Shown one piece after another: positions 9,055 to 18,700 of a stretch of DNA of 54,772 nucleotides. Under the pieces are notes generated by a model. The model was not told where the DNA came from and made no database searches. It worked only from the letters and a program-made list of their open reading frames with translations. Numbering within the stretch: the stretch's first letter is position 1; each line of letters starts with the position of its first letter. This DNA comes from a virus, in the IMG/VR virus record IMGVR_UViG_3300028430_000584; one strand, 5' to 3'. A program made the position numbers and the translations under genes.

Positions 9055-9285
9055 ATGAATCGCATCGTCCAAATCCTCTCGTCTCGAACCGTTTGGGCCT
9101 CCATTGCCACCGTTGTCGGCGGCGGACTCACCCTCTTCTTCAAGCTCTCGCCTGAAGCCTCCGACGCGATTCGCACGTCCGTCACCGAGATCGGTGCAGG
9201 GTTGGCTGTCGTCGTGGGTGGCATCTCCGCCATCTACTTCCGCGTCAACTCCCGCGCTGACCTGACGCCACCCTCCAACTCGTGA
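9055..9285 (+). CDS. Holin-like protein with two transmembrane segments (76 aa)
   Basis: Two hydrophobic stretches: VWASIATVVGGGLTLFF and GAGLAVVVGGISAIYF. Small size. Next to the spanin pair. Confidence 0.5.
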   Translation: MNRIVQILSSRTVWASIATVVGGGLTLFFKLSPEASDAIRTSVTEIGAGLAVVVGGISAIYFRVNSRADLTPPSNS

Positions 9286-9288
9286 CCC

Positions 9289-9492
9289 ATGCCAGCCTTC
9301 CTCACATTCCTGCTCAACCTCATAGCCCGGCTCATAGAGTCCGGGCTACGTTGGCGTCAAGAGAACCCCGATGAAGCACGCACCGCGACTCCTACTGCTG
9401 ACGACGCTGCTCGCCATCGCCGCATCCTCGACCGGCTGCGTCAAGACCGAAACAATCTTCGTCCCCCCAACGATCCCAGTCCGCCTCGGTGA
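9289..9492 (+). CDS. i-spanin-like protein (67 aa)
   Basis: N-terminal hydrophobic helix MPAFLTFLLNLIARLI, then a charged region. Overlapped out of frame by a lipoprotein ORF, as in Rz/Rz1. Confidence 0.45.
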   Translation: MPAFLTFLLNLIARLIESGLRWRQENPDEARTATPTADDAARHRRILDRLRQDRNNLRPPNDPSPPR

Positions 9493-9661
9493 AGACCTCC
9501 ACGGTGTCACCGTCTTCACCCCCGATCCCTCCACCGGCAAACTCGTCCGCTCTCGCGCCTCCCTCCGCGCCGGAACATGGATCACTTACGACCCCGCCGA
9601 GTGGATCACCGACTCCGGCCCTACCCCTGCCACCCAATCCCTCACCTTCCCCCCTCCCTGA
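9371..9661 (+). CDS. o-spanin-like lipoprotein (96 aa)
   Basis: Signal peptide plus lipobox-like LLAIAASSTGC. Pro-rich mature part. The start is embedded in 9289..9492. Confidence 0.5.
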   Translation: MKHAPRLLLLTTLLAIAASSTGCVKTETIFVPPTIPVRLGEDLHGVTVFTPDPSTGKLVRSRASLRAGTWITYDPAEWITDSGPTPATQSLTFPPP

Positions 9662-9821
9662 TTCCAATGCAGCGCAGCTCCCTCGCTGTGCGTCACCATC
9701 CTACACCTATGGTGACGCGGACCTCCTGACCAAGAACGAGATTCTGGTTCCCAAGGGGCCACCTGAACTCCAACAGGCGGCGCAAGCAAACTCGTGACAG
9801 CCCGGAGAGCACGGGCACTTC

Positions 9822-9964
9822 CCCTCGGCGGCGTGGACAGTGACACGCAGGCAAGCCAAGAAAGCCAGCCGTGCTGGCCTCCTTCTCGATAGTGTGGGCA
9901 CGTTGTGATGCTATACCACCGGGAAGCCTCATCGAGATAGCCGGTTCGACTCCGGCCCGAGGGA
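9822..9964 (+). ncRNA. tRNA-like structured element (non-canonical, 143 nt)
   Basis: Canonical T-arm gccgg-ttcgact-ccggc at 9940-9956. A 7/7 Watson-Crick acceptor-like stem pairs 9822-9828 (ccctcgg) with 9957-9963 (ccgaggg). A D-arm-like gcgt/acgc sits 2 nt after the 5' strand. The body is about 65 nt too long for a tRNA. Confidence 0.35.
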
Positions 9965-9968
9965 TTGA

Positions 9969-9984
9969 CCCCCCACTCAAGGAG
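9969..9984 (+). repeat. Dispersed repeat copy CCCCCCACTCAAGGAG
   Basis: 5 nt upstream of ATG 9990 and 5 nt after the tRNA-like element. Confidence 0.95.
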
Positions 9985-9989
9985 TTCAC

Positions 9990-10271
9990 ATGGAGAAGAC
10001 CAAGTACAGAGATGATCTGCCTGCTGAGCACTTCTTCGGGCAGCTTGCCGACGAGCTGATCTCGCTCATCCGGTTCAGCTTCCGCGAGAACGGCAGGGAC
10101 GAAGACGTAGACCCGCTCCACCGACGCAAGGTGGCCGAGCGGTGCAAAGACTGGTACGACTCTTTTGACGACGCAGAACGAACCATCCGCTACAGGGAGG
10201 GCTTCGATGATGGCTGGCGTGCAGCCATCCAGACCCTCCGTGAAGGTGCCTCAGCACCAGAAAGCCCCTGA
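9990..10271 (+). CDS. Hypothetical protein (93 aa)
   Basis: The ATG lies 5 nt after repeat copy CCCCCCACTCAAGGAG. ORF track. Confidence 0.55.
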   Translation: MEKTKYRDDLPAEHFFGQLADELISLIRFSFRENGRDEDVDPLHRRKVAERCKDWYDSFDDAERTIRYREGFDDGWRAAIQTLREGASAPESP

Positions 10272-10486
10272 TGACTCGCAAAGATTACGACGTGCTCGTT
10301 GACATCCTCGTAGAGTTCGACCGCAGGATCAGCTCAGACCGCGACATGCCCCTGTCTGTCGCAGACCGCACCCGTGCCGCCATCCTCAACATCACCTGTC
10401 AGAAGGTCCGTGAGGCGAACGCCAACTTCGACAGTGGGAAGTTCCTCGCTGCCTTCGACAAGCGAACCGGAAAGAAGCCCAACTGA
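10271..10486 (+). CDS. Hypothetical protein (71 aa)
   Basis: ATGA-type overlaps at both ends. ORF track. Confidence 0.5.
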   Translation: MTRKDYDVLVDILVEFDRRISSDRDMPLSVADRTRAAILNITCQKVREANANFDSGKFLAAFDKRTGKKPN

Positions 10487-11742
10487 TGCCACCCCCCACC
10501 CCCACTCCCCAGTTCACTTCCCTCTATGACGCGTCCGACTGGCTCGCTCACAACGGCCTCGTCGCTCGCACCCCCCTCATCCGCTCCTCTGACTCCTCCC
10601 TTGTCCGCAACTGTCCCTTCCTCTACTACCTCGTCCGGCGGCTCTCCATCGTGCCTGCCATCAAGAACTCCGAAGCCCTCTCACACGGCTCGTGGTTCCA
10701 CAAGTACATGGAAGGGTGGCAGCCCAACGCCGAGCCCGGCTCCCCCGACGAACTCGACTCGCCCTTCGTCAAGGCGTGTCTCGACCACCGCCTGACCGAA
10801 CTCACCGACTACGGTAAACTGTTCGGCCAATCTCCCGGCTCCATCCAACTCATGCTCGACGACGAGAAGAAGCGATGCCTCGAAGCCTGCGTCTGGGCTC
10901 AGTGCGCACTCGACACCCCCATCTCAACGACCGGCTTCTCCATCCGTCGTTACCTCACGCAGCCCGGCCTTTCCGTCGTGGCCTGCGAACCCGCCATCAC
11001 CGTGAAGCTCAGCGGCGTGACCACCGCCGTACGCATCGTGCCCGACGCCCTTCTCTACGACAGCATCAAGAAGCGGCTCTTCATCATCGACTACAAGACC
11101 ACCACCAAGAAGCCCTCCGAGCGGGCTCAGGTGTGCCCCTTGGAGTTTCAGACCCGCCTCTACAGCATCGCCATCATGGAGGCCCTCCGCACTCAAACCC
11201 TACAGGAAGAGTACGGCCTGCCCTCCGACACCACCTATGGTGGCATGACGCACATCTGCGTCCAGAAGCCGTCCATCCGCTTCAGTGGCAAAGACCGCAA
11301 CACTGTCACCATCGAGAAGACTCTGACTCGTGGACCCGACAAAGGTGTAGTCCGCCTAACCAGCAAGATGTATGGCGACCCCGTGCTCGGCAACTACCTC
11401 AAACGAGTGCGTGACTGGTACACCGCAGAAGGTGAATACGTCACCGAAAAACTTGAACGAGAGACTTGCCCTGTCGTCAACATCTCCTACACTTCTGCCT
11501 CCTACTTCGAGCAGGATCACGTCATCGCCCAGACCTACAAGTCCATTGACCAGATCAACCACTATGCGACGATGCCTGCCGAACCCGCCTTCTTCCCCCA
11601 GTTCCACGACGGCTGCTGGTCTCACCAGTCTGGCCTCTCTCCCTATGCCGCCTTCTACCTCTCATCCCCCATCGCTTGGCCCAAGGTGATGAGCGACAAC
11701 AACCTCATCATCAGCCCACGCGACGCTACCGACGAAAAGTAA
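10486..11742 (+). CDS. PD-(D/E)XK (RecB/Cas4-like) exonuclease
   Basis: IVPDALLYD ... LFIIDYKTT ... FQTRLYSIA matches the D / (D/E)xK / QxxxY motifs of RecB-family nucleases. Confidence 0.7.
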   Translation: MPPPTPTPQFTSLYDASDWLAHNGLVARTPLIRSSDSSLVRNCPFLYYLVRRLSIVPAIKNSEALSHGSWFHKYMEGWQPNAEPGSPDELDSPFVKACLDHRLTELTDYGKLFGQSPGSIQLMLDDEKKRCLEACVWAQCALDTPISTTGFSIRRYLTQPGLSVVACEPAITVKLSGVTTAVRIVPDALLYDSIKKRLFIIDYKTTTKKPSERAQVCPLEFQTRLYSIAIMEALRTQTLQEEYGLPSDTTYGGMTHICVQKPSIRFSGKDRNTVTIEKTLTRGPDKGVVRLTSKMYGDPVLGNYLKRVRDWYTAEGEYVTEKLERETCPVVNISYTSASYFEQDHVIAQTYKSIDQINHYATMPAEPAFFPQFHDGCWSHQSGLSPYAAFYLSSPIAWPKVMSDNNLIISPRDATDEK

Positions 11743-11782
11743 CCCCAGACCCCACGTCTTGAGCCGCTCGGCTCTGTGGATT

Positions 11783-11798
11783 CCCCCCACTCAAGGTG
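11783..11798 (+). repeat. Dispersed repeat copy CCCCCCACTCAAGGTG
   Basis: 21 nt upstream of ATG 11820. Confidence 0.95.
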
Positions 11799-11819
11799 TC
11801 GCAAGACACGGAGAACACC

Positions 11820-12371
11820 ATGCCTCGCAAGAAGATTCGTGCTCGCAAGTCAAACCGCTCTCGCCCCAGCAAGCTGACCGGGCTGCTCCCCGCCAGCCAT
11901 CCTCTGCTCCCCTACATCGAGCACCCCCGCTTCGGCATCATCGACCACCTTCGCGCCGATGTGCTGGCTGCTATCAACAGCGGAGACAACACCTTGAGTG
12001 GGGGGTTGACCCGGTTCAACAAGGCCCTCGCCAATCGGGGCTTCTCCATCCGGGTGAAGCCCACGATGTGGAAGCGGTGGATCGCTGCCCTCGGTATCAC
12101 CACCCGCCGCGCCTTCGTCGCCGAGACCGCCTTCGTCCCCCAGCCTCAGCCTGTTCCCACTCCCCGCTCACCGATCATGCAGCAGGAAGACCCGGTTCAG
12201 CAGCAGTGGCCCGAGCCGCAGACTGCCCTGCCTCTCGACGTGCGGGCTCCGAGCGAGGGAGTTCAGCCTACGTTGCCCGACAACCTCTTCGCCGGTCTCG
12301 ACGGTCAGCCCGATCAGGTGCCGGTCTACGCGACCGCAGGGATCGCGGGCATCAACAACATCACTCACTGA
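11820..12371 (+). CDS. Hypothetical protein (183 aa)
   Basis: ATG 11820 is preceded by GGAG. The basic N-terminus is MPRKKIRARKSNR. Contains a reverse repeat copy read as TLSGG. Confidence 0.5.
   Translation: MPRKKIRARKSNRSRPSKLTGLLPASHPLLPYIEHPRFGIIDHLRADVLAAINSGDNTLSGGLTRFNKALANRGFSIRVKPTMWKRWIAALGITTRRAFVAETAFVPQPQPVPTPRSPIMQQEDPVQQQWPEPQTALPLDVRAPSEGVQPTLPDNLFAGLDGQPDQVPVYATAGIAGINNITH
11990..12005 (-). repeat. Dispersed repeat copy (reverse)
   Basis: Inside 11820..12371, read as TLSGG. Confidence 0.95.
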
Positions 12372-12382
12372 AAGGATGACTC

Positions 12383-13330
12383 GTGAGTCAAGCCACGCAC
12401 ACACTTGCAGCAGGCCAGTCGATCCAGCAGATCTACGGATCGTTCGGGGCGACTGGCACTGCACACTTCAACACGCCGCTCAACTCGATCGTGCTCTATT
12501 GCGGATTGCCTAAGCAGGGCAAGTCCCGCTTCCTTCAGGGTTACGAAGGTGCGCTCATCATCAACTCGGACTTGGGGCCGCAGTACCACCCCCGCTGTCA
12601 GGTGTGGCCGCACATGTCTACCGACCCTGAGCGGCCCGGCCCCATCACATCTACGGGTTCTCCCTTCAACTTTTCGTGGGATTCTATCAGGGAACTCGAA
12701 ACTCAACTGTTGGACGCTGCCAAGAATAAGCGTCCTCGGCCCCGCGTCGTCCACTTCGACTCACTCACCACCTGCTACGAGATGGTCAAGCAGTGGGTCG
12801 CTACCAAGCTCAACTTCCCCACCTTCCAAGACATCACCGAATCTCGTCGCGCCTATGAGGCGGCGTACTCAGAGCTGATTCGCATCTTCAACAGCCTCAA
12901 GAACGCGGGCTACGGTGTGGGGGTGGTGGTCCACCTCACCTACATCAACATCCCCATCGACGACGGCGGCAAGACCGCCCAGCGGCTCGACGTGGCAATC
13001 ACCGACGGCCTCTACAAGCGGCTCTTCCCGCTCGCCGACCTCATGATGGGCATCTCCTGTTTCGACCATTCCACCCCCATCACCCGCGAGATCACGCTGG
13101 CCAACGGCACGAAGATGAAGAAGTCGGACGTGAGGATCGAGTCACGTTTGCGAGTTCAGGCTAGCCAGCCCGGACTCGAAAAGGTGTTCGGTCGTCGCGT
13201 CCAGCTGCCTGATCAGTTCGACGTGCCGAACGACCACACTGCGTTCACCGAGTTCCTCAAGATTTATGACAAGTGCGTTGCAGATACCGTGTCGGCATCT
13301 GCTTCACCCTCACCCGCGTCAGCGACCTGA
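12383..13330 (+). CDS. RecA-fold AAA ATPase (Sak4-like recombination protein)
   Basis: Walker A is GLPKQGKS. Walker-B-like VVHFDS. GTG start preceded by AAAGGA. Sits beside the exonuclease, as in phage recombination modules. Confidence 0.6.
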   Translation: MSQATHTLAAGQSIQQIYGSFGATGTAHFNTPLNSIVLYCGLPKQGKSRFLQGYEGALIINSDLGPQYHPRCQVWPHMSTDPERPGPITSTGSPFNFSWDSIRELETQLLDAAKNKRPRPRVVHFDSLTTCYEMVKQWVATKLNFPTFQDITESRRAYEAAYSELIRIFNSLKNAGYGVGVVVHLTYINIPIDDGGKTAQRLDVAITDGLYKRLFPLADLMMGISCFDHSTPITREITLANGTKMKKSDVRIESRLRVQASQPGLEKVFGRRVQLPDQFDVPNDHTAFTEFLKIYDKCVADTVSASASPSPASAT

Positions 13331-13359
13331 CGCACTTTGCCGCAAGGCACGGAGTTTTT

Positions 13360-13950
13360 ATGTCTTCAGATTCTGCGTTTGCTCAGTTCCAGTCCCAGTT
13401 CAACGCCATCTCTCAGGCGTACGCCGAGGCTAAGGCCGACGCTGGCCGTCGCTTCCCGCCGGACGGCGTGTACACGGTCGTCCTCACCAAGATCGAGACG
13501 GGCATCGACAAGTTCCAGTTGTCCGATCAGAAGGATGGCCCCACCGTCCCCTGCTTCGACATCACCCCCCACTACATCATCCCCGAGCACGCCGACCCCG
13601 CCATCAGCGGCATGGAGTTCACGGGCTCGACGATGCGGCTTCCCGCTCTGGCTCCCGATCAGGTCAAGAAGCTGCCTGACGGTAAGCAGACCAACATCCG
13701 CATCAACCTCAGCCAGTTCAAGGGCTTCTACCAGCACCTCACTGGGCAGGAAGCGTCGGCCTCCCTCCAGAACGACGTGCAGACTGTGCTCGATCTGATG
13801 GACACCGCCAACTCTTCTGGCACCGCCATCCAGCTCGACGTGAGCTGCGCCAGCAAGAAGACCACGGCCAAGAACGGCAAGGAGTACACCAACCGGAACG
13901 TCTACATCAACCGGCTGGTGCAGGGCGTGGCCGTCGCTCCCAAGGCTTGA
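13360..13950 (+). CDS. Hypothetical protein (196 aa); position suggests an ssDNA-binding or accessory recombination protein
   Basis: ATG 13360 is preceded by GGAG. Directly follows the Sak4-like ATPase. The function is inferred from synteny only. Confidence 0.35.
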   Translation: MSSDSAFAQFQSQFNAISQAYAEAKADAGRRFPPDGVYTVVLTKIETGIDKFQLSDQKDGPTVPCFDITPHYIIPEHADPAISGMEFTGSTMRLPALAPDQVKKLPDGKQTNIRINLSQFKGFYQHLTGQEASASLQNDVQTVLDLMDTANSSGTAIQLDVSCASKKTTAKNGKEYTNRNVYINRLVQGVAVAPKA

Positions 13951-13970
13951 TCGTCGGGCCTAGAATCTGA

Positions 13971-13986
13971 CCCCCCACTCAAGGTG
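13971..13986 (+). repeat. Dispersed repeat copy CCCCCCACTCAAGGTG
   Basis: Intergenic. Followed by hairpin gggaggcttgg...ccagcctccc at 13988-14015. Confidence 0.95.
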
Positions 13987-14069
13987 CGGGAGGCTTGGAA
14001 CACCACCAGCCTCCCCACTATTCAGGAAGCTTTGTGGCTCGCACCTCAACTCAGAAAGGAGGTGATCCA

Positions 14070-14111
14070 ATGGCTAAGGGCAAAGGTAAGGGCAAGGGCG
14101 GCAAGTGCTGA
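14070..14111 (+). CDS. 13-codon mini-ORF MAKGKGKGKGGKC behind a 16-nt perfect anti-16S Shine-Dalgarno
   Basis: AGAAAGGAGGTGATCC at 14053-14068 is the exact reverse complement of the common 16S 3' end GGAUCACCUCCUUUCU. The ATG is at 14070. Confidence 0.3.
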   Translation: MAKGKGKGKGGKC

Positions 14112-14169
14112 CCACTCCCCATGATCGCAACAGCACAGGCAAGATGCAGGTTGCTAAGGGGTGTCACCT

Positions 14170-14418
14170 ATGGCTAAGCCGAAGTTCGCGTTCAAGGCCA
14201 AGCACAAGAATCCGAATGGTGGGCTGAACGCCGCTGGGCGTTCAGCCTACAACAAAGCAACTGGTGGCAATCTCAAGGCTCCTCAACCGGGAGGCGGGCC
14301 TCGCAAGGCATCCTTCTGTGCGAGGATGCTTGGCATGAAGAGGAAGCTCACGTCAGCCAAGACAGCCCGAGACCCGAACAGCCGCATCAACAAAGCCCTC
14401 CGCGCTTGGAAGTGCTGA
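14170..14418 (+). CDS. Hypothetical small basic protein (82 aa)
   Basis: MAKPKFAFKAKHKNPNGGLNAAGRSAYNKATGGNLKAP... Followed by an intrinsic terminator. Confidence 0.55.
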   Translation: MAKPKFAFKAKHKNPNGGLNAAGRSAYNKATGGNLKAPQPGGGPRKASFCARMLGMKRKLTSAKTARDPNSRINKALRAWKC

Positions 14419-14461
14419 GGCGATCACACGATCAACGGCAGAACATCTCTCTCTTCCGTGG

Positions 14462-14496
14462 AGCCCGCATCAGGAATGGTGCGGGCTTCTTTGTGT
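14462..14496 (+). terminator. Rho-independent terminator
   Basis: agcccgca / tgcgggct forms an 8-bp stem, followed by tctttgtgt. Confidence 0.7.
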
Positions 14497-14508
14497 CCGG
14501 TGTTCATT

Positions 14509-14524
14509 CCCCCCACTCAAGGTG
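14509..14524 (+). repeat. Dispersed repeat copy CCCCCCACTCAAGGTG
   Basis: Between the terminator at 14462-14496 and ATG 14529. Confidence 0.95.
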
Positions 14525-14528
14525 CTTT

Positions 14529-15092
14529 ATGGACGACAACAATATAAGGTTGAAGATGGCAAGGTTTGAGTCGCTTTCCGATCAAGCTCACTCCCACTTC
14601 ACGGGGAGCGGCGACTTCAAGAAACTGCCCACTGCCTACGTGCAGCCCATCGCTGAGATGTGCGGCATGGGCCTCGGCCTCATGGCTGCTCTCATCCAGA
14701 AGATGCAGGCGACCGTGCTCGACGATCCGCACGACGACAAGACCACCGCATCCGCCATCCGCTGCATGGAGAAGGCTGGAGCCATCATCGAATCAGCGGA
14801 GGGCCTTGTGCTGGAGACAGCTCGAAGCTGGGCCAAGCTGCCCTACAAGGACAGCCCGCTTCGGCACAGCACCACCGAGATGACCTTCGAGAACATGAGC
14901 GATGATGAGAAGCTGCTCAGGGCACTCAGGAGCATCATGCTGGCGATGGTGCAAGTGCATCGCTCGTGGGTCGTACCTGCCCAGCAGCAAACTATGTTGG
15001 AAGCCACAGGTCAACTCATCAAGAGTGAGATGGTCGATCCTGCGTCGTTCCCGCCCGACCCCGATGACGAGGCTGAGGGAGGGTTGTCGTGA
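14529..15092 (+). CDS. Hypothetical protein (187 aa)
   Basis: The ATG lies 4 nt after repeat copy CCCCCCACTCAAGGTG. Within ORF 14406..15092. Confidence 0.55.
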   Translation: MDDNNIRLKMARFESLSDQAHSHFTGSGDFKKLPTAYVQPIAEMCGMGLGLMAALIQKMQATVLDDPHDDKTTASAIRCMEKAGAIIESAEGLVLETARSWAKLPYKDSPLRHSTTEMTFENMSDDEKLLRALRSIMLAMVQVHRSWVVPAQQQTMLEATGQLIKSEMVDPASFPPDPDDEAEGGLS

Positions 15093-15733
15093 GCAAGCGA
15101 CAAGCGATCGGTCAAATGACGGTGACGCTCAGACGCAAGAGCCGCTCACCCGATCTCGTCCCTGTCACCCTCACCTGGCGCAATGGGCCACCACCCGAGG
15201 AGGTGGTGCCGTGGCAGCGTCTGGATGCCGTGAAGACCAAGGGCCTGCTGGGGTGGGCACCATCGCTCGCCCACAACGGCTATCTGGTGTGGTGCGGCCC
15301 GCCCCTCCTCAAGCCGAGTCAACCGATCACTGCCCCTCGTTGTGCCGAGTTGTTTGTGTCGGTGGAAGGGCAAGCGAGGGTGATGTGGTTCAACGAGATG
15401 GTCACGCTCAACATGAGCCAGCGAGACAAAGGCAACGACAAGTGGGTTCGCACCTTGCGGCTTTCCACCACGCCCGAACTCTGCACCAGCTGGACCCGCA
15501 CCTTCGGCACGCAGCAGGCTGACCGCCTCTCCTTTCTGCTCAGGGAGGGGCGGTACCCGGGTGCGTGGCTTCTCACTGACGATGTGCTGGTGCTCTACAT
15601 CAAGATCATGGCTGGCCCGCTCCGCCGTTGGGCTGAGCCCCGTAGGCAGTCATCGCTTCGTACGCCTGATGGGGAGCCATCCCTTGAATCGCAGCCTGAC
15701 GCAGATCTGGGTCAGGATCAGCCTGAAGATTGA
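15089..15733 (+). CDS. Hypothetical protein (214 aa)
   Basis: GTG start preceded by GGAGGG. The 3' end overlaps the convergent minus-strand gene by 128 nt. Confidence 0.4.
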   Translation: MSKRQAIGQMTVTLRRKSRSPDLVPVTLTWRNGPPPEEVVPWQRLDAVKTKGLLGWAPSLAHNGYLVWCGPPLLKPSQPITAPRCAELFVSVEGQARVMWFNEMVTLNMSQRDKGNDKWVRTLRLSTTPELCTSWTRTFGTQQADRLSFLLREGRYPGAWLLTDDVLVLYIKIMAGPLRRWAEPRRQSSLRTPDGEPSLESQPDADLGQDQPED

Positions 15734-18700
15734 GCGGGTTGAGTTGGCTGGCGGCTTGCTGGAACTGTGCTCGGATCTGCGGGTTGACACGTTCGAGTAC
15801 ACGACCAGTACGGGGGGTGGTTCGTGCGTCGATGAAGGATCGCCACTGATCCCTCGTCACAGTGAGCGGCAACCTATAACGCCGCTCGAATTCACGAGCC
15901 ACCCCCTCAGCCCCGCCCGGGTCATTACCCAGCATCTTGCGCATGTACTCGTGCTGATAGCCCACGATCTGATCGCGGTTCTTCACGAGCCAGTTGTCGA
16001 GCTGGCTGGGTTGGTTCCACGCACCCAGATCGACACCCAACGATCGGTACACCATCCGCTTGGGCTCCTCAAACCGGAGCAGCGTTCCATCTTCTCGGTA
16101 GATGGGCACCGACCCATCTGCCGCACGGTTGTTCCAGTCGGCAAATTGCTTCTGGCCCAGCACCGCCTGAAGCGGCCCCGGCAATTCCGGTGCAACGTTG
16201 AACATGCGTTGGAAGCCGATACCACCCGGCACCAGCCTTGGCAACGTCTCCGCGATCGCCGCTCCCGTCCCATCCTCATACAGCTTTTTGATGCCCGCCA
16301 CCGGAATGTCGATGATCGGAGGCAAAGGCAGCACCGAATCTCGCGTGTCCACTCTGCCCTGTGACATGAAGGGCATCGCGTCGGTGGTGGCGGCGAACAT
16401 GCCAGCCCTCGCCAGATCAATGCCCAGCGTCTCCTTACCCACCTCCCACATCAACGCACTCATGGCCATTGCTCGGCCCATGTCGTTGAGGAAGCCCGTG
16501 AACCCCGTCAGTCCCTCACGCCCTCCCAGCCGAGGCACCGTCTCAAACGCCGTCACCAGCGTCCGAGTGGGGAACGACAGCAACTGACGCAGCAGTGGAT
16601 TCTGTGCCAACGACGTGATGCGTGCCACACCCTCAACCTTCTGGCTACCACCCAAGAACGCCAGCGGCTGGTCCATCCAGTGCCCACCAAACTGGGTGGT
16701 CTTCACCACCCTGTCCGCAAACAGCGCAGTGTCCGCCGCACCAAGTCCCTGCCTCTTAGCCAGACGCAAGGCTGCTTCTGCCGTGGTCACGCGGTTGACC
16801 CACTCCGCCTTCTGGAACAGGCTCATGGTCCCGTGAAAGAACTTGTCCCACGTCGTCTCAGCAGCCGCAGACGCACGGCGGCCCATGCCCACGCCCTCGT
16901 ACAACTGAAGCCCTGACTCTCCGATCTCCAGCAGATCGCGGGTCTCGTTGCCCACCCTGAACTTCGTCAGATCGCCAAAGTGCTTCTCGATCAGCTGGTT
17001 ACGCTCAGTCTCGCTGATGACCTTTGCCCCCATCTTCATGCGGTCAGAGAAGTAGCCACCCAGCCGCTTGAACGCCGCGCCGTACCCAGCCAGCACGTCA
17101 CCGTAGCCGACCCACGAGCCCGCAAACAGCATCGGCTGCGTCAGGTTGATGAGGGCTGAACCCACATTAGGGATACCGAGGTGCGACGAGTAGAGCGTCT
17201 GACTCACGCGGTACTGAAGTTCGGAGGCCGTGCGAGCCACGCCCGCCGCATCTGTCGAGTTGCCGTACTGCCCCATCTTCTCCACAAAGCGACGACCCCA
17301 CTCGCCCGTCTTCCTGATCCCATCACCAATCACGCCCTCGCTAAAGTTCCGAGCCAGCTGCTTCGTGAAGAGCACCGCTCCGCGAGCCGCCGTGCTGTGC
17401 GATTCCTGCACACCCATCAGGTGTGGCACCACCACATGCGAGATGAGATCTCTGTTGTACTGACCCTTGGCCAGCACGTACTCCTGACCCAGCAAGTCAG
17501 CGATACTCACTCCGCCCTTGAGCTGCTTCTCCACCTCATCAAGCGGCAACGCATACGACACACCGTCGCCGAACGTCTCCTTCGTCTCAACAACCGCACC
17601 GCTCTTCTTGAGGTTGCCCCACAACTGCTGGTCAGCAGCCCGCACCAGATCACCCACATCTGTCATGTACATCGCCTCATTGTGCGCGTAGTCCTTGACG
17701 TAGCGATCAATGGAGCGAGCCGAGTCGATCCTGTAGACGGCACCCGGCTCACCCTGCAACCCCTTGAGCTGCCGGTTGCCCTCCTTATACATCCGCACCA
17801 ACCGCGCAGGTTTGTCGCCAGCCTGCGATGCGAGCTGTGGCAGATCAACCCCATCAATCAATCGTGCTGCGTACGCCAAGTCTTCGGGGTGGTAGGGAAC
17901 CTTGCTCCTCGACCGCTCAAACACCAGTCCCGACGGCCTGACATTCTTCTCCTGACTGAGTGCTCTACCATCCAGTACCTCCCCGTTCCTGTACAACTCA
18001 CGGGTGTTGCGTGGCATGTAGTGCTTATCTTCGATGAACCGACGCACGAACGTCTCGCTCAACTCCCGCACGTCGTCGGGGTTGTTAGGGTCCATCTGCT
18101 TGATACGAGCAAACAGAGCCTTCGTCAGTTTGTCCTTCGGCTTCACAAGCTGATGGATGTCCTTGAACGCATCGTTCGCACTGCCCGTGCCGCGTGCCAT
18201 GCGGAACAACCACTTCGGATCATCGGTCATTCGTTTGGCCGTCATGTCGAACAGCCCATCGACCGCCTTGATGTACTCGTCAACCCCATACTGCTGAACC
18301 AACCGTCCAAAGTTCTCCTTGTTGGTCAGCAGCGCAGGTACTTCCTTCCTCGTCTCAAGGGCCAGCTTGCCGGTCTGCTTGTCGATCATGAGTCGAGTGG
18401 GCGAGACATTCGTGAGCATCCCGTCCCTGTGTACGTGGAGCAGGGTGCTGATGTCGCGGGCCACAGTCTTCCGCAGATCGCCATCCGTGTACTCCCGCCA
18501 GTTGAGCCCAATCTTGGGGTCGAGGCCGTGCTGCTTGATGAGGGCAGTCTCAGCGTCGAACACCCGCTTGACCTCTGGCCGGTTGAGTACCTCGTCGTGA
18601 ACCGCCCCCACCCGATGGGCCATCTGGTTGACACGCTCACCGAGCTGCGATCGGATGTTGGTGAGACCCAGCATCTTGAACACGGAGAACCGATCGGACA

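Noticed and set aside
9693-9989. The tRNA-like 3' fragment as an attP core for integration into a host tRNA gene.
   Set aside because: No tyrosine or serine recombinase motif was seen in any ORF. The element has its own matching 5' acceptor strand, which a simple att fragment would not need.
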